Part shown: in pieces, positions 13,413 through 26,420 of the stretch
How the letters are laid out: the number at the start of each line of letters is the position of its first letter
Position numbering within the stretch: position 1 is the first letter of the stretch
Assembly (NCBI GenBank): GCA_030295235.1
Contig: AP026127.1
Location: forward strand, 558,001-622,000
From: Fistulifera solaris
Lineage: Eukaryota
DNA: 64,000 bases
Direction: 5' to 3'
Made by a program: the position numbers and the translations under genes
Notes under the pieces: model-generated
The model's input: only the letters and a program-made list of their open reading frames with translations
Databases searched by the model: none
What the model was told of the DNA's origin: nothing

Positions 13413-15785
13413 CTAAAAACCAACGAGAGCCAGAAGAAAGATACCGGTCGTCGCTACAAGGGAAGCGGTGATGATTTCTCCAGATGAGGCCTCGAGCACA
13501 CTACATTGATTATCAGAACACTCCACCATCTCGGAAACGTCACCCTCGCATGGCAATCCACCATTAGCAGGAGCAGGGTTATTGCAAGCTCTGAAACGAG
13601 TCATGGTACCTCTGCAACAAGTAGTATAAGCTCCCCATTCTTGAATCGAGTGAATGAGGTCCCGATCAATGAAAACAAATCAAATTGAATCAACTCTCAC
13701 TTACCGCTCCAGCCTCCGTCAACAGGCTCAATCACCTGCTGCAAACAGGTTGTCACAGTCCAACCAAAATGCTCGTTGCAACAATCCTCAGGGTTCGAGT
13801 ACTGCTCTGTCACCGATGCGCCCTGTGGCGGTGCTTCCGGATCCGTAACACGCACGCAAATTTGGCGGTTGTAATTTGGCGAGTAAAACGATGTGCAAGT
13901 ATCCTCGGAGCAGGTTTGAGTCTCCTCCGCCTCGCCTTCACATTCTGAGGACGCTTTTAAGCATTCACGAGTCCGTGATTGTTTTCGGTCGCAACATTCG
14001 CCAAATTCCGACCAGTCCGACCAACCGCCATTCTCACATGTGTCACTCGTACACGCCTGTATAATGCGATCGCTGCCTTCGCATTCAACACCACCATTAG
14101 CAGGAGCTGGGTTTGTACAAGTACGTGTCATTAGTTGTTCGAGATCACAACAGGGTCCAACGCTCGACCATTCCGACCAACCTCCATCGATCGGAGGGTT
14201 CGCACCAGCGTTTATACAACTTTGCAATGCAAAATCAAAGTTGTCGTTGCAACAATCTTCATAGTCGTTGTAGGCTAGATTGGGATCAACTCCTACGGGA
14301 GGCCTTCCTGTAAGAACGCACGTTGTTGTCGAGTAGTCGGGATAAAACTTGATCACACAAACATCTGGCGAGCAAGCCGTTTCTTGTGTTGCCTCCCCAA
14401 TGCAACCACGACCAGAATTAATATCCGGTGAAGCGAGGCATTCTCGCGTTTGTCTCTGTTTCCCTTCACAGCACTCATCCGGTTCCGTCCACTCGGACCA
14501 TCCCGAATTCGGACAGTCGACCGGAAAACAAGCGACGGATCGCAACGACTCTCCCACACACTCGGCTCCGTTCCCCGCCGGTTGTGGATTGGTGCAGGAT
14601 CGATTCTCTAACCGCAATTCATCGCAACAAGGCCGCGTCGTGTCCCAGTCACTCCAATTTCCATCAATGTCTCCACAACCCGACGACTCCGTACAGGTAC
14701 CCGCATCATCTTTACAGTATCCCTCAAAGCAAGTGCACGAGCACGAGGCATAATCAAAGTCGCCGAATACACAATCGGCCGGAATGGGAGTATAGCACGC
14801 GCCTTGGTCACATTGAGAACGGTAGAGATTGGTAGTCACCGGTGCACGCATGTACTCAATCACGTCGGAAATGGTGACAAAGAAGATATCACTGTAAGCC
14901 GCATTCGTGTCTTCAATAAATCGCTTTAATTGAAAATTGTTGTTGAGCATCCAATTCCCTGTCACAGCAATGTGCAAAGGAGCCTTGTTGCCCGTGTAAC
15001 GACGCTGCAGGTTCTGAGTCAATATTTCGTACACATTCTCCGAACTAAAGTCAATCGGATTCAATACTGTGTTATCCAGTCCATAGATGGGACCCATCGG
15101 AACTTCCCACAATCCTGGCAACGTCGCATTCAAACAATTGCATCCAATTTCGCCATATCCGACGCCATCGAACGTGAAGGGCCACAACGTATTGCTTCCC
15201 GCACCCCGCTTGCGCATTATCGGGCAACGCAATGGACGAATCGTACAATAGTTGCAAACTATACATAGTTTGCAGAGTCTCGAACGTATACGCCGTCGGC
15301 GGAGCCCGGTATCCCCGCAATTCGTCCGTCCCCAAACCACATCCGGCGAGAAAGGCCAAATTCCCCTGAATTTCTTCCGGAGGAGGATTGATAGACGACG
15401 TACCGGCAATCTCGTGTTCGCCTTGACGCAAGGCCTGAATCATTTGACACGTCGTGTCGTTCGTCGGTGTCACAAAGAATGTGGCTTGAATGCCACAGCC
15501 AAATTGATTGCGCACTTCGGTCAAGGGCCGAAAGGCCCGCAACGACGATTCGGACGCCGGGTCGGTCACGGAAAGGATGACAAACTGCGGAATATCGGCC
15601 AATGCAATGGTGTTGGTCAGTGGAGATGTGGAAGCTGCCATATTGTCCTGTGGGGAATGAGAAAAAAGGTGAGGAAGCAGTCGAGTGTGCGTGCGACGTT
15701 ATTGCATGTGCAAGACGTACCTGTGACCGTGTCAACCCCAAAGGAGGGACGCTCCTAGGAGCCGAACAATCAAATCTAATCTCAT
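13413..15785 (-). CDS. Secreted, probably GPI-anchored protein: CE4 polysaccharide-deacetylase-like domain, EGF-like segment, 5 TSP1 repeats and 2 Cys-rich modules
   Basis: PQFVIL..., ATFFV, HEIA, GYRAP, LWEVPM, GNKAPL; WSxW...CC...R.R.C repeats; hydrophobic C-terminus; introns ~15648-15720 and ~13642-13703. Confidence 0.85.
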
Positions 15786-16521
15786 TGGTGACTTCCTCTC
15801 TTTCGACTACTATAAATTAATCAAGATCCTTGTCACCTTCTACTATGTTTGTTTGAATGAAAGGTTACCGACCGATGATCCATAAAAGTGATGAATGAAT
15901 GTGGATGCGGCCTTTTGTCGCGCAACTTCGTGGAAGCAAGTCTTGGCGCGGGTATCAACATTAGTGTACAGGGGTGGTGCAGACACCGTGCGCGCCAGCC
16001 GGGAGTTGGTGGCATTTCTCCCCCTTCTTCCTCCATAAATCCACCCGAAACGTGAATGAAATAAGGCGAACGAATTCGCTCTGCCATTTACACAACAGTC
16101 GATACTGCGTGTCGCTCCGGTCGTGGATGATCCAGACAAGAAAAGCAAAGACGGGAGTGAATCAAGTGGGATTGAGATATCAAAAAAACGTGTTCTTGTT
16201 GATAGTCTAAACAAAGGTTAAACTTTGGCATAAGCTTGCAAACTTTCCATTTTGTTATCTTGTATTGAGATCCATACTTAGCATAATCATTCGTAGGTCC
16301 TCCGATAGCTTGTCAAAACAACTTTCTTCGAAATAACACCGAGGTGGCATTTGACTCCAGAATCCAGACTATCAAGATTGGCGCTCATCGCAATGCAATT
16401 CTTCGCTGGAAACCGCAAGGTATATTATTGGTGCATACCGCTGGGTAAACAATTCCGGTGTGCTTCGCTAGAAACGGTGAATGTCTATAAATTGGAGAAG
16501 CACCAACCGATACAAGACGAC

Positions 16522-17250
16522 TCAAGTATCCATATCCGTCGACGCGTCGGTCTGTATATTACCTTGTTCTCGTTGAAGCAGCATGTTTTGATACGCATCT
16601 CCCGTCAATAGCTTTTCCGCACCACCTACGGCTTGCAGAAAAGGATCTTCCGCGTCGGACATGTCTTCGTCACTCTCATCCAAATCGTCGTCTTCATCAT
16701 TATCATTCTTCTTTTTCTTCTTTCGCTTGGCCGCCAAAGCTCTCTCTTCTTGACGTTCCAGCGTTTTGACTTCTCGTAATTTCAGTTTCCGACCCGTCGG
16801 CTCGGGCGTGTCTTCCTCTTGATCGGCGAGACTGCGAATCGCCGGTTCTTTGACACACATGGCACACGCCCGGTAGTACGTCCGCGCGGAAGCCGTCACG
16901 GCAGTGTCATCGTCGTCATCTGCGGCAGGTTGACGGTTGTTCCATTGCTCTAACAAAGCGAGGGACTGCGGTGACGACCGCGTGCAGGATTCGCAAATAG
17001 TATGATAGGCAGCTTTGACGTTGCGATTTCCACAATGATTGCATTTGGCGGGTGCCGTCAATGGCTTGTATTTGCGGTATTGTTTCTTCCATTCAATCTT
17101 TTCGTGGCATCGTCGACAGACGTGTTGAATGGGAGACGCGAGAATGGCGGCGGTTTTCTTGGACTTTGGATTGTGATGAAACGCAAACTTGTTCTGGTGA
17201 ACGGGTGCGTGGCCTTTTTTCTTTTTCTTGACAGCTTGATCCTGCGGCAT
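16522..17250 (-). CDS. C9orf85-like (DUF2039) Cys-rich basic protein
   Basis: HQNKFAFHHN...CRRCHEKIEWKKQYRKYKPL...CNHC...AYHTICESC. Confidence 0.85.
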   Translation of the reverse strand: MPQDQAVKKKKKGHAPVHQNKFAFHHNPKSKKTAAILASPIQHVCRRCHEKIEWKKQYRKYKPLTAPAKCNHCGNRNVKAAYHTICESCTRSSPQSLALLEQWNNRQPAADDDDDTAVTASARTYYRACAMCVKEPAIRSLADQEEDTPEPTGRKLKLREVKTLERQEERALAAKRKKKKKNDNDEDDDLDESDEDMSDAEDPFLQAVGGAEKLLTGDAYQNMLLQREQGNIQTDASTDMDT

Positions 17251-17612
17251 GTTACAGCAGTGTTTAGTAAGAATTAATAGAGGATTACAAATGAAAAGAT
17301 CGAAGTTACGAGGCGATGGGCTCCGTCCTGTTTTTTCTTCTTCGTTTCATCACATCATCATAATTTAGGTCTATTTCATTTTGGTGGAGGGCGAGAAAAT
17401 TATACCGACGGTCGAGAACAGACATTTGTATGGTACCGGTACCCGATATATACCCGATGCGATGTTCGCTTTGCACTTTGCACCGAAAAAACATGGCCAT
17501 TCGTTTGAATGAAGTGTTGATTGCTATTGCGTTAAAACGAAGCAATCTCAGCATGTTTCAATAGAAATTGATCGGAAGGTGTAGGTAGCAGTCGGGTTTA
17601 AAACAATATTAA

Positions 17613-18212
17613 TTCTGGAACGTGCACAGCATTTCGGTAGGATCAAAAAGGTGGTCCAGAATTTCTGGACCACTACAGAATTTCTGTATGATTAGAAATA
17701 TGGCGATTCCAGAATTTCTGGAAATCGCACTTTCTTTCGTTATGACCGAAAACAAGGTGTCGAGAATTTTTACAACGTGCACAATATTTTGCTAGGATCC
17801 AAAGCATCGTGTCCAGTTATTCTGGAACGTGCACAGCATTTCGGTAGGATCGAAAAAGGTGGTCCAGAATTTCTGGACCATCACAGAATTTCTGTATGAT
17901 TAGAAATATAGCGATTCCAGAATTTCTGGAAATCGCACTTTCTTTCGTTATGACGGAAAACAAGGTGTCGAGAATTTTTACAACGTGCACAATATTTTGC
18001 TAGGATCCAAAGCATCGTGTCCAGTTAATCTGGAAACGACGTTAAAATTAAAGTAATGACCCCTGTTTATCGTATTTCTTGATTTAGCCGTTTCTGGCCT
18101 ATAGTAAAATCACCAAAGTCCTAATTTTCGGCGATGCCCCCCCACCCCCTTGTCACAGCGAAAGTAAAACTTTCCGGATATAGCGATTCCAGAATTTCTG
18201 GAAATCACACTT
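17613..18212. repeat. Two ~208-bp tandem copies plus a partial third, built from CCAGAATTTCTGG palindromes
   Basis: Units start at 17613 and 17820; contain GTGGTCCAGAATTTCTGGACCAC and GCGATTCCAGAATTTCTGGAAATCGC hairpins; a further copy of the latter at ~18183. Confidence 0.9.
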
Positions 18213-18390
18213 TCTTCATTTTCTTGACACGATAACTCCTCGGCGCTTCCAGATTTCCCGGTAACTCGGAACATCAACAACTCAGTTTCCCTTCAAACAA
18301 ATATTTCAAACGAAGCTCTTTTCTCATTTTGGCGCTTTCAATTGCAACAATCCATTCTTTGGGTTTCTACAAATATACACCCACTGATTT

Positions 18391-18737
18391 ATGATGGCAA
18401 AAGGAAAACAAGGGCTTTATTTAGAAAGCTGGAAATTTGCCGTCTACTTAGCGGTTCCCATTGCTGCTTCGTGGTATTATTCCGACCCAAAACGACAAAA
18501 AGAATCGGCCGACTACTGGCAATACGTCAAATATCCTGAAATCCCAACGTAAATATGAAAGAACAAATTGAAGCTTTGGCCGCCCAGCAAAAACAAAGAA
18601 GTGTGTATCGAGAGCAAATGAAAGAATTGCAGGCGCAAGCCGCGCGGGCGGAACAAGCGAGAGAAGAAACATCACGTCGAGGATGGTGGAGTTGGATTGG
18701 ATTTGGGAGAAACAAAAGTGCTACCGAAAGTGATTGA
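18391..18737 (+). CDS. PET100-like cytochrome c oxidase assembly factor; one frameshift near 18540
   Basis: Manual translation MAKGKQGLYLESWKFAVYLAVPIAASWYYSDP... joined to coiled-coil ORF 18555-18737. Confidence 0.6.
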
Positions 18738-18869
18738 TGAAATTTGTATTATAGGCGTCAGCTTCAAAGCGTTTTAAACGCAGGTAAACTTATATTAAAA
18801 TGTGTTGCACAGAGACAGACTCAATCACGATGGCACAGAACAGAATGTAATACTTTACATTTAGCAACT

Positions 18870-20227
18870 CTATAAATAAAATGGGGTTTCTTCTTCTTCC
18901 ATCGCTGGCTGTTCCTCTTCTATCTCTTTGTTCAACGGGATCATATATGTCTCTTCGTCCTCCTCCTCCAAAATCAAAGGCGGAGGTTCGCAGGTCAAAG
19001 CATCACCACAATCACGCAACGAATTTTTAGCCAAATGCCAAAGAGGCATCAAACGGAATGGTTCCTCTGTCATTATGCTAATCTCGTCCAACCCTATCAT
19101 TGTGTACGCCACCGCTGTCGTCGTTATGAAGGTTGCGACACTATCGAGCATGTTGCTTCCGCGCAGCGCGAGCGGTAAATGGAAAAGGTAAAACAGTAAA
19201 AGCCGCGCCGTATGGGTCGTATAAACGGGAGGAATCGGACTGGCTTGAATGCGTTCGGTAATCATGATGCAGTAGTTCAGTTGCTGCACATTGTGATCCA
19301 GACGAGAGGCTTCCGATGTCGTCAATAAACCACGCGACAACATGAGCGCGAAAATTTGTCGCAGTCGAGTCACAACTGCCACGGGTCGTTTTCTTTGCTG
19401 CAAAATGTAAGCAGCATCTGCACTCAATCCGTCAACCGAAGCCTTCCTTTCTTTCTGGGAACACGGCAGCATGACACGCAGAATATCTTCATCCGTACCA
19501 TTGACTTCGTCGCCCCGCAAGAACCCTTTCAGTAGCCACGCAAAGAGAGCTACATGCCGGGCCGCCTTGAGTCCGAGGGCTCGATCTTTTGGATACACAT
19601 TGGATGCAATCAATTGCGCCATATCGCGTGTATAGAGTACGACTTTGCCAAAAGCCAATCGACCTTCATTCAAGCGACTGAGCCCTTGATTCGATCGGAG
19701 CGTCAACAAAGCGGCAACAAAGGTACTAACGAGCGACAGTGGGGCCATGGAGATTATGTGGGTGGGTGCCGCGCAGCGATCGTAGACCCAACACACGAGA
19801 CAAGTCCAAGCCATCAGGACCGCCAACGGGGGAGCGACGCGGGCTAATATGCGGCTTCTATGAAATGCTAAAATGTGATCAATATACCTTCTTCTTGAAC
19901 TGTGTCTCTTCCATTCTTCCAAGGTCCATGTGTTGGTGAAGGAACGTTTGCGGTGATGAATTTTCGGCACGGTGGGGTCGTAGTAACTGGAGCGAAGCTC
20001 AAGGACCTTTGTATGTCTCGGGCATACTTTTCCAGTGAATCACCAGTATATTCGATAACGCTATAGCGTTTCACAGGGGAATGAATCCTATTGTTTTGTT
20101 GAGTTTGTGTTGACAATATTTTCCAGCATGGTTGATGATACCGACGAAATGTCAACTGTACATAGGCATCACATGTCGTCGAACAAAAACCGAAAAAGAC
20201 GAGCGCAATCAGCAGCCAAAAAGGCAT
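18870..20227 (-). CDS. Bacterial/plastid-type bestrophin (UPF0187) anion channel, probably plastid-targeted; frameshift near 19975
   Basis: LLTLRSNQGLSRLNEGR, ERIQASPIPPVYTTHTAR, GLDEISIMTEEPF; signal peptide ending CDA-Y. Confidence 0.88.
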
Positions 20228-21273
20228 TTGTCATAAAGTCGCTCGTCGCTCTTTCGACCTTTTGAAGTAATAACAGCAATTGCTAGGAAAAATGTTTATC
20301 GTTTGATGTCTGTGGAGGGAGTTCAATGCAAACAATTATTATAAATGCCTCGCTTTCTGCTATCTTGGATTTTTGTCGTTGTCGTTGAAATCGTTGAAAA
20401 ACAAACTGTCTTTCTTTGTGTTTACCACGTTGAGTGACGTATGCAACTGCAAAGAAGTGTACATGGGACACGTTGAAGACGTCATCACGTTTTTTCTCAT
20501 TTGTCATCTGGGAGCCGGTACGACAAATGTACGATTGGTTATACTGTATGTGAATCGTAGTACTATAGCACCATCTTGTAGACAACATTCACCAGGACTG
20601 CATTTGAGTCATGAACTAATAACACACTGCCGAATGAGACTGCTATTTATGCTTCGTTCTTCCTATGAAATTGTTAAGCTTACGTCGGTCTTGATTATAT
20701 TGCATGGCTTTCATCACCATTTGTAATGCGAGCAGAAAGTCTTGATGTCGTCAATCCTTGGAAATGGCCTTCTCCCGGATTTATAGACCAAAGTCTAGAT
20801 CAACTTAACCACGACTGCATTTCAGTCATGAAATCACGATTTTCATTCTCGTGCCATAGAGACACGAACGACGATGATGATTCTTCTATTCTAAAGGTAT
20901 GATTCGTAAATGTGTTCTAGGATGCCTTGGTAGAAGGTTTCATTCAAGGTCCTATTCCCGTTGGCTTTGTATGCTTGCCATTTTTATTCAAGATTCAAGA
21001 TGGACGAGCTTTACGTCTGTCAGGCGTGCGTCCCCATAGCCGACACAAGACACAAGACGCAACGGACATAGCGGGTGACGGATGACGGATGCACCTTTTT
21101 CCTCTTCGCTCTTCGTGTTGTTCGTTCGCTCTTTCGCTTTTTTTGTCATTATTTATTTTCGTTTCATCCTTTTCCTTCTCCGCCAAGGCCATTGGAACAT
21201 TTCACGACAAACAAGTACATTTTACAACTTTATCCGTGTAAAACCGTCCGAATTGACAAAGAAGTAGTGTATA

Positions 21274-22101
21274 ATGGGCGGCACGAAAGACTATCCTCGC
21301 GAATATCTCATTGCCTCGGCATTGGCCGCTACCATCAACTACCCATTGTGGCGTGCTTCTGCCATAGGGCAATCGGGATTTGTGGTAGAATCGGCACGGA
21401 TTCCGGCACTCTTGTCTCCGTACGTCCACGCCTTTGCTCCGCCGTACAAAGGCGCTCTAGCTACAGTACTGGGCATGACCTGGGCACGGGCGGGCATTTT
21501 CTGGGGTTCCGATTACGGAAAAGAGCAATTGATGCAAATGGGTATGGCCGAGAGCGCAGCCACGGTTCTGCCTCCGTTGGTAGTCAGTACAGTTGTACAA
21601 TGCGTCAATATGCCGCTCGTGCGGGCGACCATTACCATTCAAGACCCGCAATCGAAATTGCCCAATGTGGCTGCCGCCTTGCGGTACATTTATCAAACAC
21701 ACGGTTGGGCGGGACTTTGGCACGGTACATCGGCGGGCGTGTTAAAATCGGTTCCGAAATATTGTACTGCCGTCGTGGTCAAGGGATTCATGGAAGACTG
21801 GTTGCCGCCACCGACGGATCCGTCGGAGCGATTGTGGCGGTCTGCGTATAAAAGTGCGGCGGCCGGGATTGCCGGAGCGGCATTGACCAATCCACTCGAT
21901 GTCATTCGCAATGAAATGTTCAAAACGAATTTAGAGTTGACTGCTACGGTGCAAAAGCTGTGGCGGGAGTTGGGTGTGCGTTTCTTGGCGCGGGGGCTGG
22001 GCAAAAACATGGTTGCTGTGGCGATTCCTGTGGCGTGTACCATATTTTTTACGGATGCTTTGGTGCACCGAACGCAACAACGGCAACGGCGAGTCACATG
22101 A
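21274..22101 (+). CDS. Mitochondrial carrier (SLC25) family protein
   Basis: NYPLWR, NMPLVRATITIQ, TNPLDVIRNEM repeats; GWAGLWHG. Confidence 0.85.
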   Translation: MGGTKDYPREYLIASALAATINYPLWRASAIGQSGFVVESARIPALLSPYVHAFAPPYKGALATVLGMTWARAGIFWGSDYGKEQLMQMGMAESAATVLPPLVVSTVVQCVNMPLVRATITIQDPQSKLPNVAAALRYIYQTHGWAGLWHGTSAGVLKSVPKYCTAVVVKGFMEDWLPPPTDPSERLWRSAYKSAAAGIAGAALTNPLDVIRNEMFKTNLELTATVQKLWRELGVRFLARGLGKNMVAVAIPVACTIFFTDALVHRTQQRQRRVT

Positions 22102-22439
22102 ACGAAGGAAGACCAGACGACAAATCCTTTTGACTGTCTCTTTCTCACGCATGTCATTTTTCATCAAGCCGTGTAAGACGCAATTTGGGATCTTTCTTGC
22201 GGTATTACAACTGGCAGCAACCCAGCTCAGGAGCAGTTGCGTCAAATGGAATTTTTGCATCACTCCATCTTGACGATCGGTCATTTCGCAGTATAATTCT
22301 TTTGAAATGTTTTTGATGAAGGATTTCAGCATTCATCATGTCGGTAAGGTTTGCTCTGAATTGAGCCCATGCTCGGCTTATCCAATGAAACGTGTCTATA
22401 GTATGTTGTTAATAGCTAGACTTTAAAGCAAAATGTGCA

Positions 22440-22962
22440 AAACACGCCGTGATTTTTCATTCAAATTCATTGTGGTGGTTAGTGACCACCACGACTTCAT
22501 TTTCAGTCATGAATCATCATCAATTTTGCGAGCGGCACTGCTTATTCCGTCCGTTCTGCTAGCTTGTTGAGCATCTATTATCTACATCACAATGTATGGC
22601 CCTCAATTGCAGTTGTAACGCAAATTTCGATTGTTTCCGTCAAAAATTGCATGCTAATATTTGTCTTCCTAATCCACTATACGCCCAATGTGTTGTCCGT
22701 TTTTACCATGAGTGCATTTCCGTCATGAGAAAGATTATTGCGAATGACGCTGCTTACCCTGGTATCATTTTCCGTTCGTTCTGCTAGCTGGATGAGCAAT
22801 ATTATATCAACTTTACAACGCCATCCCCTTCAGATGCATTTAAGAAGTGTTCTTGTCGATTCTTTACGTCGAAATGTATTGCGAATCGTCGACTCCCGTC
22901 ACGACTGTAGGTTAAGAGTGTAGGTTCTACGACACCACGACTTCTTCATTTCAGTCACGAGA
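22440..22962. repeat. Degenerate ~220-bp tandem repeat (about 2.5 units) related to the 49421-51014 satellite
   Basis: TTCCGTYCGTTCTGCTAGCT twice; CACCACGACT...ATTTCAGTCA-like motif at ~22487, ~22704 and ~22933; TTTACGTCGAAA shared with the satellite. Confidence 0.7.
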
Positions 22963-23107
22963 CATGTTCCTCGTTTTCGCACGCCCGATGATGCGATGAC
23001 TTTCATTGCTGTCGACAGTCTGCTGACAACACAACCATTTGGTTTGAATATAAATAAAGAAGCCGTTAAACACGTTATTGGAAACTCGTAAGCTGCTGAA
23101 AAGAGTA

Positions 23108-24131
23108 ATGACGGAAGTGCCCCGGACCCGACGAGGCAAAATAATGGCAGCGAGTGTGACACTGTCGAACCTTTCTTGTGACGACAACGAGTACTCGTCA
23201 ACTTTTACCCTATCTCAACTCCCCGAAGAACTTTTGTTCCGCACTTTTTCGTTTCTCGACGTCATTTCGCTAATCGATATGGGGATGACAAATCATTACT
23301 ATCACGCCCTTTGTCAGCGCAATCAAGCGGGATGGACGAATCTGTGTCTCCAATTGTGGAAAACGAAAATTCACGTCGCACCCGCCGCACGATCGCTAGT
23401 GCAGGAACACGCACTCGCGGCGTACCGTTTGGCGTGCGCCGATGCAACGCAACGATCCTATGTCACGAAACCCGAATTTTGTTACAATCCCGACACGCAT
23501 CAAGGGACCGTGTGGAGTTTCCGTTTCAAAGAGAGTGCCGGTACCGATTGGACCTCGGTGGATCCATGGTATCGGGGATTGCCGTGTCGACAAATGGTGT
23601 TTTTGGAATCAGGAAAAGGCATGCAGTACGTCAATGATGATGAAGATAGTCCTCGTCTCCTCGATCCGCCCGTTCCTATTGCTTGGAGATTCTTGACACG
23701 CCCCATGGATTTACCGGAACGACCATTGGGAAGTTATGTACGATTCACAGTCGCGGGCGGGATGTTCCGACGTACAGTGTGCGTCGATCGCCCAATGGAA
23801 ATTGGGGTTTTGTGATGGAATCGTGTTGGGGGTTGTACGCTAGCTACCCGTTGCCGCCGCGTCGGAAGAAGATCCTGCGCCGTGCGGGGAAGAACCGACG
23901 TGGGTTCATGCTGACGAGGAGGATTGGACATGTTGGCGAAACAAACGAATCCGTACACGGCGACATCTACACGCTACGCTACCGCACGACCCTTTGCAAG
24001 ACGATTCGCAATTGTTAATAACGAACGAAATCCAGTGGCGCGAGGCTTTTCTTTATAATGTGGGAGCTCGTGTACTGCCGGAAGGTGATCAAGCCATTGA
24101 TGAATTTGATCGAGCGTGGGGTGGCGTATGA
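23108..24131 (+). CDS. F-box protein; frameshifts near 23760 and ~23900
   Basis: LSQLPEELLFRTFSFLD F-box; coding-like sequence continues as RSPNGNWGFVMESCW and ITNEIQWREAFLYNVGARVLPEG...GGV* ending at 24131. Confidence 0.75.
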
Positions 24132-25340
24132 TGGACAATGATGTAATGTGCGTTGTTTTTGAAGCCAACGAACCCCTTGAAAGAACACACCGCGCTACCA
24201 ATCGTGGTGTTATGTGTGGGACTGCATACCAGTATGGTGTTGTTAGCGTGAAATCTAATAAATGGAATGTGGCTTCCTGGTGCGACATGTTCGTCTAGCA
24301 CCGAAAAATCTCGCTGTTGAACGAGGGTCGTTTTACAAACACATATATGCATACAACAAAGGACCTTGCGTTGACGAAGACGATAACAGAAACAGAACCA
24401 ACTCCATGATCACGGCAAACTCAAAAAGTTTCATCAGCGGCAATTGTTGTTTCTCATGATTTTGTTGAACGCTTGAAAAGAAAAGAAAATTCGAACAACA
24501 AGCTATCTAAGTGCTAGAGGATGTGCGTTCAACTGTACACTGCAGATTTTCCGTCCACAAGCAAGATGGGTGACCTATTCGTAGCGTGACCAGAGCTACG
24601 CGATCGGTCGCAATTCAATGCTCAGCAAGGAATCATATTGTTGGATAGTGCCGACTGGTCGGATCATCGTACCGCTGTGTGACTAACTCACAAAACTCGG
24701 TTTGATTCTTGACAAGAGAGACCTCGTTGTGGATGTATCGTTACAACCGTCGGTGGCTTCGGTCAAACGGCACCCTGAAACACGGTAGCCATTTTTTCAC
24801 CGTCACACATTCGATTCGCTCGACTGTATCCATCCCACGTGAGTTGAATCACATCTTGATAATCCTTAGGTGTGATACAAGCAAAGGAGGTGAAAACGTC
24901 GCTGATATACATTGTCACTGATCTCCCATGTTCAACGAAATTATCCATCCGCAACACGTAAAACTCGTCACCAGCGCGGAAGCCAGAATTTGATTTCCCA
25001 CGGGCACAATCTGTATCTTAGTGACATGAATTTTAGTGAAGAATCACCAATATAGAATCAAAATTCCTGATCCGCTTGACTGGCGCGTGTTCCGTTCCTT
25101 TCTACCCGAAGAACAAGCGCTTCAGCATGGAGGCATGTTTCCGCGGAACTGTCTCCCTTGCCCATCCAGACCGCAAGACACTGTAGAGCGGCGCTATGCA
25201 CCTTATGGTGTTCGACCATGACTTATTAGATATCAAAGGGGTAAAGAGAGACTAATGGTAGATCACAGGAAAGAATCATTGACTTCCGTTCATCGTGTCG
25301 GAAAAAACGAATGAGGGGGCCGAACATTTTTCTTCGAACT

Positions 25341-25716
25341 TTTTTCATTATTTTTGCCTTGCTATCGCCTTGCAAAATCTTACGGATTTCGCTTAGTGAT
25401 ACGACATGAAAATTTATGTTATATACTTAAGGGCCGAAAACCACTTCATTACTGTGGTCAATAGTGTGGAGAGAAATCCATAAGGGAGATTGACTTTCAT
25501 TCAATTAATTAAGGTTATCTCCTTAAAAGCTGGATAACCTTAATGTGAGAGATCGATCCGAGCGTAAGATTATGGATACGAGACTACACAAACTAAATAT
25601 AGTCGCATTGTGGTTTTTATGTATTAAATATAATCCATGACATTTTGTGTCGTTTAGCTAAGTAAAATCCGTAATATTTTGCAAGGCAATATAGCAAGGC
25701 AAAAATGAAAAAAAAA
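25341..25716. repeat. ~375-bp imperfect palindrome (foldback/MITE-like)
   Basis: Outer arm ATTTTTGCCTTGCTAT..GCCTTGCAAAAT.TTACGGATTT matches the reverse complement of ~25665-25706; central 12-bp stem ATTAAGGTTATC/GATAACCTTAAT at 25508-25544. Confidence 0.85.
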
Positions 25717-26420
25717 CAACCACGATGATGTGCGCGAGTGCGAGGGTAAAAGCCGAAGTGAATAGAATCGCGGAGACCATTATAGATTCAACTGATCGAG
25801 CACTTCTGAAATAAACAAAACACAGCCGTTACAGTGAATTGCTGACTTGGGAGACAAGAGCCGCAAAGAAGAAGAATGACTACAAATGTAGTTGCGTGCG
25901 ACGTCTAAGTCCTTGTCAAGGCTCATCCTGACGACGAGTGCATGTTCTTTCTACCCACAAATCGATGTTTGCAGGACAAAGGGTGCGATCTTCGACTTCT
26001 TTGCTTGACTACGGGAATTTATGACGGATTAGGGAAGATTCGTGCTCGAGAACTGCTCAAGACTTGTCAAGAAATTCTTGCAATTCAAAATTTCCGCTTG
26101 ATGGACGATCCACTGTTAAAGGATCACCCGACACAAACTTGGCCTTTAGACCACGCTGTTCGTATTATTGAAACGTATTTGCGGCAAGTTTTGTCGTCGA
26201 TCACATGAGACTTCACATAATAACCTTTGATTCGTACAGAGTATCAGGACACGTCAATCATCGTGATTGTGGGCTTGCGCCTAGTATGAGGCGTAAAAGT
26301 GAATTCGTGAATGATTGTTGATCGTGAATGAATGGCGATGATCGATTGAGGAAGGAAATAAGCGTTTTGATGATTTTCGTTGTCATTAAAATGTATTGTC
26401 GAGGTTATATATTATTATCT

